Part shown: in pieces, positions 22,346 to 34,053 of the stretch | Position numbering within the stretch: the stretch's first letter is position 1 | Layout: each line of letters begins with the position of its first letter | From: a virus | Lineage: Duplodnaviria > Caudoviricetes | Virus record (IMG/VR): IMGVR_UViG_3300031555_001748 | Span: 1 to 64,000 of that record | Length of the DNA: 64,000 nucleotides | Strand: one strand, 5' to 3' | Position numbers and translations under genes: made by a program | The notes under the pieces: model-generated | Seen by the model: the letters and a program-made list of their open reading frames with translations, nothing else | What the model was told of the DNA's origin: nothing | Databases searched by the model: none

Positions 22346-23146
22346 ATGTCTAATCGTGGTGTAAAACCTTCAAAGACTGACTTGCGAGATTATACTATTA
22401 AAGCTGGGAAGGTAAATACTAGAAGTTTTAACTTAAATAATTTACCTAAAGTTAAAAATCAATATATGGTAAATAGTTGTGCGGCTCATTCTGCAAGTTC
22501 TGTATTGGAATGGTTTAATCAAAAAGAAACAGGAGTATATCGTGAACTTTCTACTGGATTTATATATGGTATGCAGGGTGTGGAATTTAATCGCTTGAGT
22601 ACCCACATGTATCTTAGAGATGTTTGTAAGATTATCCAGAAGTATGGCGATTGTTTGCATGATACTGTGTCGTTCAATGTGGAAATGCCTGAATGTTACA
22701 ACAGATTAAAGAAAGTCTTAAATGAAGATGTGTATAATGAAGCGGCAATATGCAAGATTAAATCTTATGTTAGATGCACAACTGATAATGCCATTAAGTA
22801 TGCACTTATGAAATACAGTCCAGTGATTATGGCTGTTAAATGGCATGATAAATATGAAATATCTAACGATGGAGTTATTTGCTTTGATACTAATTCAAAG
22901 AATGGTTATCATGCAGTAATGGTATACGGATTCAATGAAAAGGGCTGGCTATGTCAAAATAGCTTTGGAAAGAATTGGGGCAATGGCGGTAGATTTATTT
23001 TGCCATATGATTATGGGTTTGTGGAAGCTTGGAGCTTCGTAGATGACAAGAATTCTGGCGTACATAAACCGAAGCAGAACAAGATATTAAACGCAGCATA
23101 TAAGACGGCCGGATTTGTTATTGATTTAATTAAGAACAATAGGTGA
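22346..23146 (+). CDS. Papain-like C1 cysteine peptidase
   Basis: VKNQ..VNSCAA (Gln/Cys), GYHAV (His), CQNSFG (Asn). Confidence 0.88.
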   Translation: MSNRGVKPSKTDLRDYTIKAGKVNTRSFNLNNLPKVKNQYMVNSCAAHSASSVLEWFNQKETGVYRELSTGFIYGMQGVEFNRLSTHMYLRDVCKIIQKYGDCLHDTVSFNVEMPECYNRLKKVLNEDVYNEAAICKIKSYVRCTTDNAIKYALMKYSPVIMAVKWHDKYEISNDGVICFDTNSKNGYHAVMVYGFNEKGWLCQNSFGKNWGNGGRFILPYDYGFVEAWSFVDDKNSGVHKPKQNKILNAAYKTAGFVIDLIKNNR

Positions 23147-24499
23147 TTAAAAAACATATTTTAAGAGGTAGAGTATGGATTATGAAGAATATAAGAAGGC
23201 TGGTTTACTTAAGAAATTAAAATATAGTAAATCAGACAGAAAGAAGTATAGAATTAATCCTGTTTTTAGATTTGAAGTGGATAAGGATAATTATTTATTT
23301 TCTTTCTTGCCGACTGTAATCTGGTGTCCTTGGATTTACAGATATAAAGGTTTTTATGTTGTTGATATTTGGTGGCTGCATTTTCATATTGCATTTGGCA
23401 AATGGGAAGAGCTTTCTTGTAGGAATTGCAAACACCAAGAAGAATGCATAAAGTCTAAGAGAGTTAATTGGTATGGCGATAATGTGTTTGAACAGGGAGA
23501 AAAGTGTTCTGACTTTGAATCAAAATATTAAGAGGTGTGCATATGAGATTTGTATTAAATGGTTGTGATATATCATTTTTGGCAGAAGCACCAGAAGATA
23601 TTACGCTTAAGCAGTTGCTAAAACAGTGTGATAAAATCAAGCCTGATTGGTGTGCTTGCGGCATCTGCTCTTATGAGAAAGCTGGATTTAACGAAAACCA
23701 CGAACCAGAAATTATCATTGACTATGACAACATAAGAAAAGCAGACGATAGTGTTAGTTGTAGAATTGTAGAAAATAACAGTTAAAAAGCGTATTTTAAG
23801 AGGTAAGTTTATATGAATAGAACAGATGTTTTAACTGGTCGCATTGTACAAAGAGTTATTGACGCAAAGACAAAAGACTGTGCAACTGTAAGAGTTGTTC
23901 ATGGAGTAGATTATACTCGTGATATTAAAAGACTTGTAAACAACCTTTATAAATTCTTTCCTAATAGTTCGATTGAATTGAGAAAATTAAACTTCGGATA
24001 TCATTTATCTATTACTGTTTATTATGAATAAAAGTACGTTTTAAAAGGTGGATAACTAATGGCATGTTGGGAATTTAAAGATATATATTATTTCGGCAAG
24101 CTTATTGGACATGCATGGTATTGCTCTAATTGCGAATATATTGGAATGAGTTATTCCCACATGATTCAGGAGTTCAGATGTGGAGTGCCATTTAGCAGAC
24201 CTGTCTATAAGCATTGTCCAGAATGCGGTGAAGAAATGTTGACTGAATGATGAGGTGTATTATGAAAATTACTAAGACTATGCAAAAGGTTGCAGCGGAT
24301 ATCCTTATGGAGTTCATGTTTGCTCGTGATATGGATGAAGTAATTGAAACATACCAGAGAGTATTTGAGCGATATGGTTTGTGTAGCGACCCATTTACAA
24401 GTTGTCCATGTACGCCAGACGAATGGTGTGATAGTCAGTTAGAGTATGAGAGACAGACAATGATTGAAAGATATGGTCATTGTGATGGATTAGAGTAAA

Positions 24500-25078
24500 A
24501 TGAAGGGGATATTATGTATGTTTAGAGCTAAGAAAGAAACAACTAGAGAAGATAATAATAGTGTCAATACTTATGAACTGCAAGTTGAGAATGAAAAGCT
24601 GAAGATTAAAGCAGAAACTTTACAGTTTAAGCTCGACCAAGCAAATGAAAAGTATTCTATTATTGAAAAGCAGCTTAAAGAGATTAAGGGTACAGATATT
24701 GAAAAAACCAAGGAAGAGAATGCTTCTTTGAAGAAAGAGCTTGCTGATTTAAAGTTTAAAATGGTAAACGATACCAAGAGCATTGAATTGGAAACAGAAA
24801 ATAAGAAGTTGAAGTCACAGATTGATGTTCAGCAGTCAGAAAATGAACATTTAACAAAGTTACTTGATACATATAGAGCAATGCCAGATGTAAGGAACAT
24901 GATTGATAACATGTCTAGTTTGGCAGTTCCTCATATGGACGAACTGAAAGAGTTTGCTAAAATGCTTTCAGATTCAAAGGTTGCAAAACTGTGCGATGAA
25001 TTATCTAAGACGAATAATGTGATGAGAGAGACAAATGACTATCTTAATTATCAATTTAGAAGAGGAATGAATTTTTAA
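24500..25078 (+). CDS. Coiled-coil hypothetical protein
   Basis: Heptad-rich, E/K/L-rich sequence. Confidence 0.6.
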   Translation: MKGILCMFRAKKETTREDNNSVNTYELQVENEKLKIKAETLQFKLDQANEKYSIIEKQLKEIKGTDIEKTKEENASLKKELADLKFKMVNDTKSIELETENKKLKSQIDVQQSENEHLTKLLDTYRAMPDVRNMIDNMSSLAVPHMDELKEFAKMLSDSKVAKLCDELSKTNNVMRETNDYLNYQFRRGMNF

Positions 25079-25099
25079 AATACGAATTTTATAGCTTGT

Positions 25100-26191
25100 T
25101 TGAGAGGAAATATTATGTATTACGATTATGAAGATTATTATGAGCCGTCTGTAATGGATGAAATTCTTGAAGAGTTTCAGCAGAAATGCAGAGAGGTTCT
25201 ATTGGACGATATTAATTCAACAATTGGTTCTATCAAACAAACGAATGAATATCTGAAAAAAGAAAATGATGATTTGAAAAAGGCTCTTTCTCAAGCAGAA
25301 AGAAATTTGAGAGAGTCGAATAAAAACATGGAAAAGTTTTCTTTAATGGAGACTTTGACTAACGGTATTAAGAATACGGTTGAAAATGCCGAAAGCAAAA
25401 ATCAGAAGATTTACGACTTTTTAAATTTAGTATTTACCAAGGACTACAACGAAGATGTGTATGACGCTCCGCTATGGATTGGAGCAATGACACAATTTTA
25501 TTCTAATAGAGAAAAGGTACTTGAAATACTTAAACTGTTTGATATTAAATTGCCGAAGAATGTTGAGAATTTTAGATTACCTATTGATTGGAATGAAGAA
25601 GAGTTGGATATTTTCTTTGATACAATGCACAATCATTATAATTGCAACGGTTGCTTTTATCAGACAAACTTAAGATTTTGGTCTAGTAATGCCCTAGATG
25701 ATGTTAAAACTCAATGCAATAGGAATTACAGTGAAATTCCGTGGCAGTATGTATTAAAGAATCCTTTGTTAAAAAAGAAAAAGTATTTAACAAAGATTGG
25801 GAAGAACGCATATGGTTCTAATGGCTATTCTGGACATTGGGATAATTTCTATAGAATTGATAATTATCTTAACCTATCAAGTGAAGAAATTAAAACCATT
25901 TTAAACAATATTAATGAAGCGAAATTAAAGAAGAATGATGAAATTGCAAAGTTTGTATTAAGAAACATTAAGCATATTGAAAATGATAAGCTTCTTAATA
26001 AAGTTTATTCGCTATTCCACGATTCTTATGATTTCAATTACGGAAAGAAAATTTTAGAAATGCCATATACATATATGTTGCAGTGGGTGAGTGACCATCA
26101 AAATATTGCAACTAAATTTATTGAAGAAAACAGCAAGCATTTTACAGATGAGCAGCGAAAAGAGCTTCTGATGAAAGCTCTTGGATTGTAA
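25100..26191 (+). CDS. Hypothetical protein (363 aa) with N-terminal coiled coil
   Basis: Long ORF with an RBS; no recognised family. Confidence 0.65.
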   Translation: MRGNIMYYDYEDYYEPSVMDEILEEFQQKCREVLLDDINSTIGSIKQTNEYLKKENDDLKKALSQAERNLRESNKNMEKFSLMETLTNGIKNTVENAESKNQKIYDFLNLVFTKDYNEDVYDAPLWIGAMTQFYSNREKVLEILKLFDIKLPKNVENFRLPIDWNEEELDIFFDTMHNHYNCNGCFYQTNLRFWSSNALDDVKTQCNRNYSEIPWQYVLKNPLLKKKKYLTKIGKNAYGSNGYSGHWDNFYRIDNYLNLSSEEIKTILNNINEAKLKKNDEIAKFVLRNIKHIENDKLLNKVYSLFHDSYDFNYGKKILEMPYTYMLQWVSDHQNIATKFIEENSKHFTDEQRKELLMKALGL

Positions 26192-29100
26192 CTTAAAAAC
26201 AAACTTTTAAGAGGTGGGTCATATGCAAAAGATTACGCAAAAAATTGAAAAACAGACAGTAGAAGATGTAGCTGTTATAACAAAGTATTGTAATATGTTG
26301 GCTGACAAAGTAAATGAACTAAATGAAGAGCTGCAAGAAACAAAAGAGGAACTTGAAAGGTGTCGTAAAAGGATGCATAGTCATATATTTGACATATAAA
26401 AATAAAATTTTAAATGGTGATAAGTATGAATGTGATGAATGTGAGATGTGATAAGTGCGATGGTTTCGGATATATAAGTCGATGGATTATTCCAGACGAC
26501 AATGCTCATATTGCTAGTAGAAGCACAGAAATTTGTGATGAGTGTAATGGCAAAGGATATACTGAACATGCTGTATTTTCTGTTGAAGAAGCAAAAGCAA
26601 TTCTTAAATATTGTGGTTTAAGTACAGAAAGTTAACAAATAAAAATAGAGTTTTAAGAGGTAGATTATGGCAGATAAAACATTTAATATTGAAGTAACGA
26701 TGAATGAAAGATGGGTGGATGATTTCTGTTCAATGCTGAAATGGATGGAAAGCTGTGGTAATCTTGGTCATTCATCTGTCGTAGGATTCTATTCAGATGG
26801 TGATGGTGATTTTCGTCCAAAGTTTAAGATTGATACAGGATTTAATAAGGTGAATGGATATAGAAAGAAAGACACTCCTTTGCCTTTACCAAAGTTAGAA
26901 GTAATTTTTGATGCTGGTTGACACATAAAAATGAAGTTTTAAGTGGTGAGATTATGTTGAGATTTACAAGTGGGTTTTCTTTTGATGGAGATGGCAGTAA
27001 ATTATTTTTGGTAAACACAAAATATTATCATATTGAAGATGATACTGCTTGTTTTAAGTTGAGTAGTAGTTTTCACAATATGAAAAATGCGACAATTGAA
27101 AGCAACTATAAAATTATGAAAGCAGATATTAAGGATAAACACGGTAACGGTTGGGATGTCTGGATTGATTTTAACGATAATGGCAAAGAAGAGTTTAGAG
27201 CATATAAAGTGATAGAAACAAACTAATAAAAATATACTTTTAAGAGGTAATTATGAAATTTCGTGAATTTACATTTGTTCCAGAAGACAAAGATAAGCCT
27301 ATTAAAGTGGTCTATGAAGATGATTTCAAAGTAATTCAAACAAATGATTGCACTATTGAAATTGTAAAAAGGTTAACTCCTATGGAATCAGAAAAGCTTC
27401 TCAATGATATGTTTGGTACTACTGATGTTGGCATTCTTGATTGTAGTGACATGACAGATGAAGAAATTGATAGGATTGTAGAAGAGTTTAACAATATTCC
27501 AGAAGTATATCCTGTCACCAACAAAGAGTTGCAAAAAATCTTAGAGAGGTTAGAAAATGAATCAAACTAATCATGTGTCGATAGAAGAACTTGAACATTA
27601 CAAGAAGTATTTTGATAAACAAGAAGGAAGAAGGTATCCTTGTAGCAATCAGATAGTTCTTTGTGGAATTATAACCAAAAACAGAGACAAAGCCATAGAC
27701 TTCATGAAAGACAAGAATATTGTTGACAAAAGAGAACGAAAAAATGAAATCTTATGGTTTCTAGATAATGGCGAGAGATGGATGTGGCGTAACTGGAATG
27801 TAGACCATAGAGGATATAGGTTTTATAAGATTGCAGTTGATAAATCCATAGATACTGATTTGTTTAGGCTATTAGTAGTTCCTAAATGCAGCTTATATTG
27901 TTGTTCATTTGAGATTATATGAGGTGAGATTATGGCGCATTGGATTATTGAAGACAAAGGATTTGGCGGAGTTGTATATAGATGTTCCAATTGCAGAGAA
28001 GCATGGGATGACTATTATTGTAAATTCCCAAAAGACTTTTGTGCTTGGTGCGGAGAAGACATTGATGAAGATGCCAATGAATATGTTGAAGAAGTAAAGA
28101 AGACTGGAATCATAGGCAAATGGGAAGGCGTTCCTGTTATAGAAATTCCTGCTTTAATCTCTTGGTTGAATGACCAAAAGTATACCAGTGTAGATGAAGC
28201 CAGTGATGATATGACAGAAGAGTTTGAAAGAGAACATCAGTGGGAATTAAGCAGAAATAGTTTTATAAACAATATGATAAAGAAACTTAAAGAATTGAAG
28301 TAAGCAAATAAAAATTATATTTTAAGAGGTAAGATTATATGAAGATTTCAGATATGATTAGAAACTTATATGAATTCATGAAAGAAAACGGAGACCTCGA
28401 ATGTTGGTATGCAGTAGATGACGAGGGAAATGGGTATCGTGAAGTTCATTTCCCTCCTAGTTTATATTATGCAAATGAAGATGATGAAGTTTATCAGTCT
28501 TTGCAGGACTTCGATTTTGATGAAGAGTATGTAGATAATATTCGGCAGATTTGTATTATTAATTAAGGAGCGAAATTGTATGATTTTGAGTAAAAAGTTT
28601 GAATGTACTACAGACGATTTAGATTCTGTTGTTGTTTCACTGGCAAAAGAAATTGAAGACGGCTGGCACATTGGAAAGATTGAAATGCATGATTTTCATA
28701 TGTGCTATATGACAAAGAAAAATGAGCCTGATTTTTCTATTGAACTTGTGAGAAAGGATAGATATTAATAAGGAGCGGATTATATGACAAGAGAGTTGCT
28801 TGTACAAAATATTAAAGACTGCGGTCAGTCGTTAATTGATAATGCAGAAAAAATTGCAAATTATTATGATTTTATGATTGGATTGAATATTAGTTGCTAT
28901 GTAGACGAAGAAGACCGTAGTCCGTATATTAGCGTTAATACTGATTTTGTTCCAGAGAGTTTTGTTAAGAGAACAACTTAAAAACTTAATTTTAAGAGGT
29001 AAAAAATATGGGTAATATTCAAATTGGTCAAGGCAATGTTATTAAAAACTCCGTTATTTCTAGTGGAGTTGTTGTCATTGGCAATGAAGTTACAATTAAC

Positions 29101-29906
29101 GGTGTTAAAATGCCGCCTTGTCCAGTTAAGGGGTATAACTCAACCATTATCAATAACAAAGTGTACTTAAATGGTTATGAGTTAGTTAATGGAAAATGGA
29201 AGAAGACATTGAGAGCCTTGTGGCATAAGTGGTTTTAATATTGAGAGGTAAGATATGAGTAGAACTTATTCATTGGTAAAGAGTTCAGATGAACTAAAGA
29301 AGTTAATTGCTGAAAATCCAGACTTGCCGATTGCGGTATTGGCAGGAGAAGATGCGAATGACGGTTATTGGGGATGGATGTATTGCAGCAGTATTTCTTT
29401 TGGTATCAGTGAAATTCTGGACTGTGATTTTTATGACATAGATGACAGCGTGTTTGTAGACAGAGATAGATTAGAAGAGAAGATTGCAGACGACATTTAT
29501 GACGAGAATGAAGAAGCGTCTGATGAGTATTGCGAAGAACTTATTAAGCGTAGGTTAGAAGAGCTTGAGCCTTATTGGAAAAAGGTAATTGCCATCTATG
29601 CCGACAATTGACCACTTAAAAACATAGTTTTATCGGATAGAAAGTTGGTGATGTAATTGGCTTTATATTATCGAGGCAAGAAATTTACTCATCTTTTTAA
29701 TAAAGGAAAAAAATATCGTATAACAATTGATAAAACAAAAGAAAAACCAATTGTTGTCTTAAAACCATCAAACCCAAATACTGAAAAAGAAGAATCTAAT
29801 TGCTAAATATATACAGCTATAAGCGCATAAGTCTATATTGTTGATTGGTTTATCGAGAAGTGGTATTATAAAAGAAAAGAATATAATACGAAAGAAGGAA
29901 TAAACT

Positions 29907-30854
29907 GTGAACAATGTAGAGCGATTTATGGAATCAGTTCAAGTACCGAACACAGCTAAAGTGATTAGATTCGTACTTAAAAATGCTGAAGCCAATATCG
30001 AAGATTATAGTTTAATGGAGCTTGAACAGTTTATACTCGACAGAAAACCAAGTAGTCAGAAAGAAATTACAACAACTTGCTATGTATTAGGGATGTATGC
30101 TAAGTGGTTACAAGAAGAAGGCGTTGTTGATAATGATAATCTATATCAGATGGTTAATTCTTTAGACAAAAAATTATTATGGAAGAAAGCAAAACCAAAC
30201 GCAAAAAAGAAATTTATAAACAATGAAGAGTATCAAAGAGTAACTAAAGATATCGCAACATATGAAGAATATAATGCATTGTATTATGAATTGCTTTTTA
30301 GCTGTATATGGAATGGAATATACAATGATGACTTAAGTGTTATTAAAAATCTAAGAACCTCCAACATAGGTGATAATGGAACGGTGATATTAGAAGAAGA
30401 TAATGGACATACCTATAAACTTAAAATACCAGAAAAATTAGCATCCGATTTAAAACAACTCGCAAGTATTAGCAGTTGGCAACGCCCAAACAGGTACGGC
30501 ATTTGTAATGTAGATATGCGTGGTGCTTATCCAGATAGTGTATTCAAAATTGAAAATAGGTCTACCGCATCAAATGAGTCTTTTAGATTCACATACTATG
30601 CAAAACTGCGTAAGATAGCAAAAGAATATCTCGACCATAGTTTACTTCCTCTTCAATTATATACATCAGGGATAATGTATCGTATTAAAGTTGAATTAGA
30701 TAAAAATGATATTCCTTTAGAAGAAGCGTTTGCTCAAAATAGTCGTAATAAAATGGCTCATTTAATTATTCAAAAAGAGCTAATTCGTTGCAATAGCTCT
30801 ATTGAAGTAGGTAATTTTCGTGAGTTGGTCAAAGGGCATTTAGATGCTTTCTAA
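29907..30854 (+). CDS. Catalytically degenerate tyrosine-recombinase-fold protein, MrpR/YopR-like repressor candidate
   Basis: SAM-like N-terminal core-binding region, KKKFINNEEY, LLFSCIWNGIY and LLPLQLYTSGIMY resemble the SPbeta YopR/MrpR architecture. No RHRHY catalytic set is visible. Confidence 0.65.
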   Translation: MNNVERFMESVQVPNTAKVIRFVLKNAEANIEDYSLMELEQFILDRKPSSQKEITTTCYVLGMYAKWLQEEGVVDNDNLYQMVNSLDKKLLWKKAKPNAKKKFINNEEYQRVTKDIATYEEYNALYYELLFSCIWNGIYNDDLSVIKNLRTSNIGDNGTVILEEDNGHTYKLKIPEKLASDLKQLASISSWQRPNRYGICNVDMRGAYPDSVFKIENRSTASNESFRFTYYAKLRKIAKEYLDHSLLPLQLYTSGIMYRIKVELDKNDIPLEEAFAQNSRNKMAHLIIQKELIRCNSSIEVGNFRELVKGHLDAF

Positions 30855-31004
30855 TTAGATAAAATTGCCATCAAACAAATGTTCGATAGGGTATTGTAAT
30901 ATTCTAAAAATTATTGTAATATAATTTCAGGGAGTAGAGCCACAGAGTAAAAATATATGCTCTGTGGCGAAGCACCACTATATATAGTTAGGAAGGAATA
31001 AGGT

Positions 31005-31367
31005 ATGATTACTGAAAAGACTTTGATGAAATTTGGGCTTATTAAAGATGAAAATAATTTTCAATTAAAAGAAGTTTTTAAAAATAATTTAAAGTTAAAA
31101 GAAATACATATAGATATTTATCCAGAAAATCCCCTCATATCTTCTTCTGCGCCCTTCATGCTTTTATTGAGAACTATCGAAAAAAATGTAATGGCTTCGA
31201 ATGATGAAAACAGACTTATTTTAATGAGAAATGATGGATATGAAACTTACTTTATGAACGTGTTATTTGCCGAAATTAAAGAGTGTTATTATAAAGACAC
31301 TTATGTTTCTTCTGAATTTATCCTAAATATTCAGAATATATGGTATCGTATAACTGTTTTAAACTGA
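31005..31367 (+). CDS. Hypothetical protein
   Basis: ORF with an RBS, preceded by the inverted repeat GCCACAGAG/CTCTGTGGC (30939-30968). Confidence 0.6.
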   Translation: MITEKTLMKFGLIKDENNFQLKEVFKNNLKLKEIHIDIYPENPLISSSAPFMLLLRTIEKNVMASNDENRLILMRNDGYETYFMNVLFAEIKECYYKDTYVSSEFILNIQNIWYRITVLN

Positions 31368-31384
31368 GAAAATTATAAGAAAAG

Positions 31385-31924
31385 GTGAAATATGTGCAAA
31401 CAAAATTAAAGTTTGCTTTATGTATAGTTAATATACTAATAAATGTGACGGTAATTAGTGGATGCATATATGAAAAACAACAATATAAAACAACAATACA
31501 TAAGTTAAATGAAACAAAACAACAACATAATGAAACAAAACAACAAATAGAAGGTAATCCGAAAGAAGTAGAGAAAGAGACCAATAAGGAGGTAGATACT
31601 CAGGCTATTATGCCTGTTAGCTTGGGTGAATTTAAGTTGACGGCATATTGCTCGTGTGAAAAATGTTGTGGCATATGGGCTTATAACAGACCGAACGGTG
31701 TTGTTTACGGAGCTATTGGAGAAGAGTTAAAAGAGGGCTATAGCATAGCAGTAGACCCAGATGTTATTCCTTATGGAACTGAGGTTATTATAAATGGACA
31801 TATATATAAAGCCCAAGATTGTGGTGGCGGAATTAAAGGAAATGAAATAGACATTTATTTCGAAAACCATGACGAAGCTTTAAATTTTGGAGTACAATAT
31901 GCAGAAATATTTTTGGTGAATTAA
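31385..31924 (+). CDS. 3D-domain (MltA-like) cell-wall protein with N-terminal membrane anchor
   Basis: LTAYC, IAVDPDVIPYGT and AQDCGGGIKGNEIDIY. Confidence 0.9.
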   Translation: MKYVQTKLKFALCIVNILINVTVISGCIYEKQQYKTTIHKLNETKQQHNETKQQIEGNPKEVEKETNKEVDTQAIMPVSLGEFKLTAYCSCEKCCGIWAYNRPNGVVYGAIGEELKEGYSIAVDPDVIPYGTEVIINGHIYKAQDCGGGIKGNEIDIYFENHDEALNFGVQYAEIFLVN

Positions 31925-32084
31925 TATGAAGATATATATTTATTATTACGAAGTGCCTAATAGTGTGAGAGTTATCTTTGATTATTATCCGATGCAAAAT
32001 GGGCAAAAGATACATAAAGAAAAAGAATTATGGGTTAGATATATCTTATAAGTTTTTAAAATATAAAGTTATATAAAATAAGTA

Positions 32085-32113
32085 TTGACAAATTATGTAA
32101 TTGGTAGTATAAT
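32085..32113 (+). promoter_or_regulatory. Consensus sigma-A promoter
   Basis: TTGACA-N17-TATAAT. Confidence 0.88.
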
Positions 32114-32136
32114 ATCTTTGTAACAGGTAACAAGCA

Positions 32137-32676
32137 ATGTTATATAAAAACAAAACAAATAAGAAAGGGATAAAAATGAATACTGTATTAAGATTTGACA
32201 GAGTGATTCTAACTAAGGAGTTGAATGAAAAGTTTAAGCAGGTAGGTGATGTGTTTGAAATTGCCAACATCCTAGAAGATTCTTTTCTTTTAAGAAGCGC
32301 TAAAACCAAGGTCGCTCTGGGTGTAATTAGTTTTGAAGATTTTGAAAAGCATTTTGTTCATGAGAACAATTTTAAGGGGTGGACACCTTGGATGCCGATT
32401 GTAGGATTTGATGGTCAGACAGACGCTCTTTATCGTACAAATCGAAAGAAGACTCAAGTGAAGTTTTTAACTAATAAGGTTAGAGCCGAGTCTTGTTGTT
32501 CTAAGGTTGACGACTTTAATCTTTCTTTTGGTATTCAGATTGCATATCTACGCTGTCTGAATAAGGCAATGTTAAAGCAGAAGATTGAGCTTGAGGAGAA
32601 GATTAAGACCATTAATAGTGAGATTGCAGAGAACGAATCTATTATGAAGAAGATGGTTAACTCTTTAGATATTTAA
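32137..32676 (+). CDS. Hypothetical protein (probable start 32176)
   Basis: An RBS AAGGGA precedes MNTVLRFDRV. Confidence 0.6.
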   Translation: MLYKNKTNKKGIKMNTVLRFDRVILTKELNEKFKQVGDVFEIANILEDSFLLRSAKTKVALGVISFEDFEKHFVHENNFKGWTPWMPIVGFDGQTDALYRTNRKKTQVKFLTNKVRAESCCSKVDDFNLSFGIQIAYLRCLNKAMLKQKIELEEKIKTINSEIAENESIMKKMVNSLDI

Positions 32677-32901
32677 TGTGGAGGTAACAAATGATATTTT
32701 TTAGATTCATTAGGGTGTGTAAAAAGTACAGGTTTGCATATGCACTTAGCACAGTTTCTGAGCTGACATTGATTCTTCGTCCTAGTGGTAATTTTGATAA
32801 TATTGAAATCAATCAAGGATTTTATAACTGGAATTATAGCAAGCTGTTTTCAGACGCAATAAAAGAAATGAAGGCTTACAGAAAAGAAAGAGGTTATTAA
32901 T

Positions 32902-34053
32902 TTGATTTATCTCGATTCTGCTGCAACAGCTAAATATAGAAATATTGATGATATTATTGTAAACACGATTATAACCGCAATGAGAGATAGTTGGCAAAAT
33001 CCATCCAGTCTTTATGCAGTCAATGTAAAAGATAAAATCAATAAATGCAGAGCAAATATTGCAGAGTTTATTGGGGCAGAACCTAATGAAATTTATTTTA
33101 CAAGCGGAGCTTCTGAAAGTAATAACTGGGCTATTAGAGGTTGGGTTGACGAAACGTGGCTAGATATATATAAAACACCAAATGTTATTACAACAAAAAT
33201 AGAACATAAATCCATTCTAGAACTTCTTGATAATAGTGATTTAGATGCCATTATAAGTTATTGCAATGTAGACGAGTTTGGATTTGTTGATATTGAATCA
33301 TTGAAACAAATGTTAATAATGCGAGAAGGCAAGCCTGTTTTGGTAAGTGTTCATATAGCCAACAATGAAATTGGCACGATTCAGCCTATCAAGCAGATTT
33401 CTGAGTTGGTTCATAGTTATGGCGGTATTATACATGTAGATGCTACACAAGCGCTAGGTCATATTCATGTTGATGTAGAAGAGCTTGGAATTGATATGAT
33501 GAGTGCGAGTGGTCATAAGATTTCTCCTGTGCTCAGAGGTATTGGCTTCTTATATAAGAAAAATAACATAAATATTCAACCGCTTATCTATGGAGCGCAA
33601 GAAAATGGGCTGCGTGGAGGCACCGAGAACACTTACGGAATCATTGGGTTAAACAAAGCAATTGAAATGTGTAATTTCAGCCAAGATGAAATTAATGAAA
33701 TGTACAGCAAGAGAGATTATTTTATCTGCTCACTTGAAAATAAATTTGGCTGCAAATTAAACGGAGATAGATGGATGCGATTGCCAAATAATATCAATGT
33801 AACATTTCCTCAAAACATAACTGGTGAAAGCTTGCTGTATATGCTTGACATGAGCAATATAAAAATTTCAACAGGCTCAGCTTGTAACAGTCATATAATT
33901 TCTCCTAGTCATGTATTAAAGGCTGTGGGCATGAGTGACGAAGATGCAATGAGAAGCGTTCGGTTTACATTGCCAGAAGATATTACATATGAAGAAATTA
34001 ATTATGTTGTCAAGGAAATTGATAACGCAATTAAACTTATTGAAATAAATTAA
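32902..34053 (+). CDS. iscS: Cysteine desulfurase (IscS/NifS-type, PLP-dependent)
   Basis: YLDSAAT, FTSGASESNN, EHKS, NNEIGT, HVDATQ, SGHK (PLP Lys), RGGTEN and STGSAC (catalytic Cys). Confidence 0.93.
   Translation: MIYLDSAATAKYRNIDDIIVNTIITAMRDSWQNPSSLYAVNVKDKINKCRANIAEFIGAEPNEIYFTSGASESNNWAIRGWVDETWLDIYKTPNVITTKIEHKSILELLDNSDLDAIISYCNVDEFGFVDIESLKQMLIMREGKPVLVSVHIANNEIGTIQPIKQISELVHSYGGIIHVDATQALGHIHVDVEELGIDMMSASGHKISPVLRGIGFLYKKNNINIQPLIYGAQENGLRGGTENTYGIIGLNKAIEMCNFSQDEINEMYSKRDYFICSLENKFGCKLNGDRWMRLPNNINVTFPQNITGESLLYMLDMSNIKISTGSACNSHIISPSHVLKAVGMSDEDAMRSVRFTLPEDITYEEINYVVKEIDNAIKLIEIN

Larger units (their letters stand above)
11164..29611 (+). other. Array of about 60 small co-oriented accessory ORFs, many delimited by TAAAA-N6-TTTTA
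   Basis: The ORF track shows dense + ORFs of 60-360 aa with GAGG RBS. Most are of unknown function; several are Cys-rich Zn-binding or membrane proteins. Confidence 0.8.

Noticed and set aside
235-29632. CRISPR array or mini-array interpretation of the repeated motif
   Set aside because: The conserved part is only 10 bp and copies are separated by whole genes. There is no regular repeat-spacer period and no cas operon; the lone PD-(D/E)XK nuclease sits in a replication context.
32902-34053. Complete Dnd/Ssp phosphorothioation system
   Set aside because: No dndC/D/E or sspB-D genes were recognised in the window.
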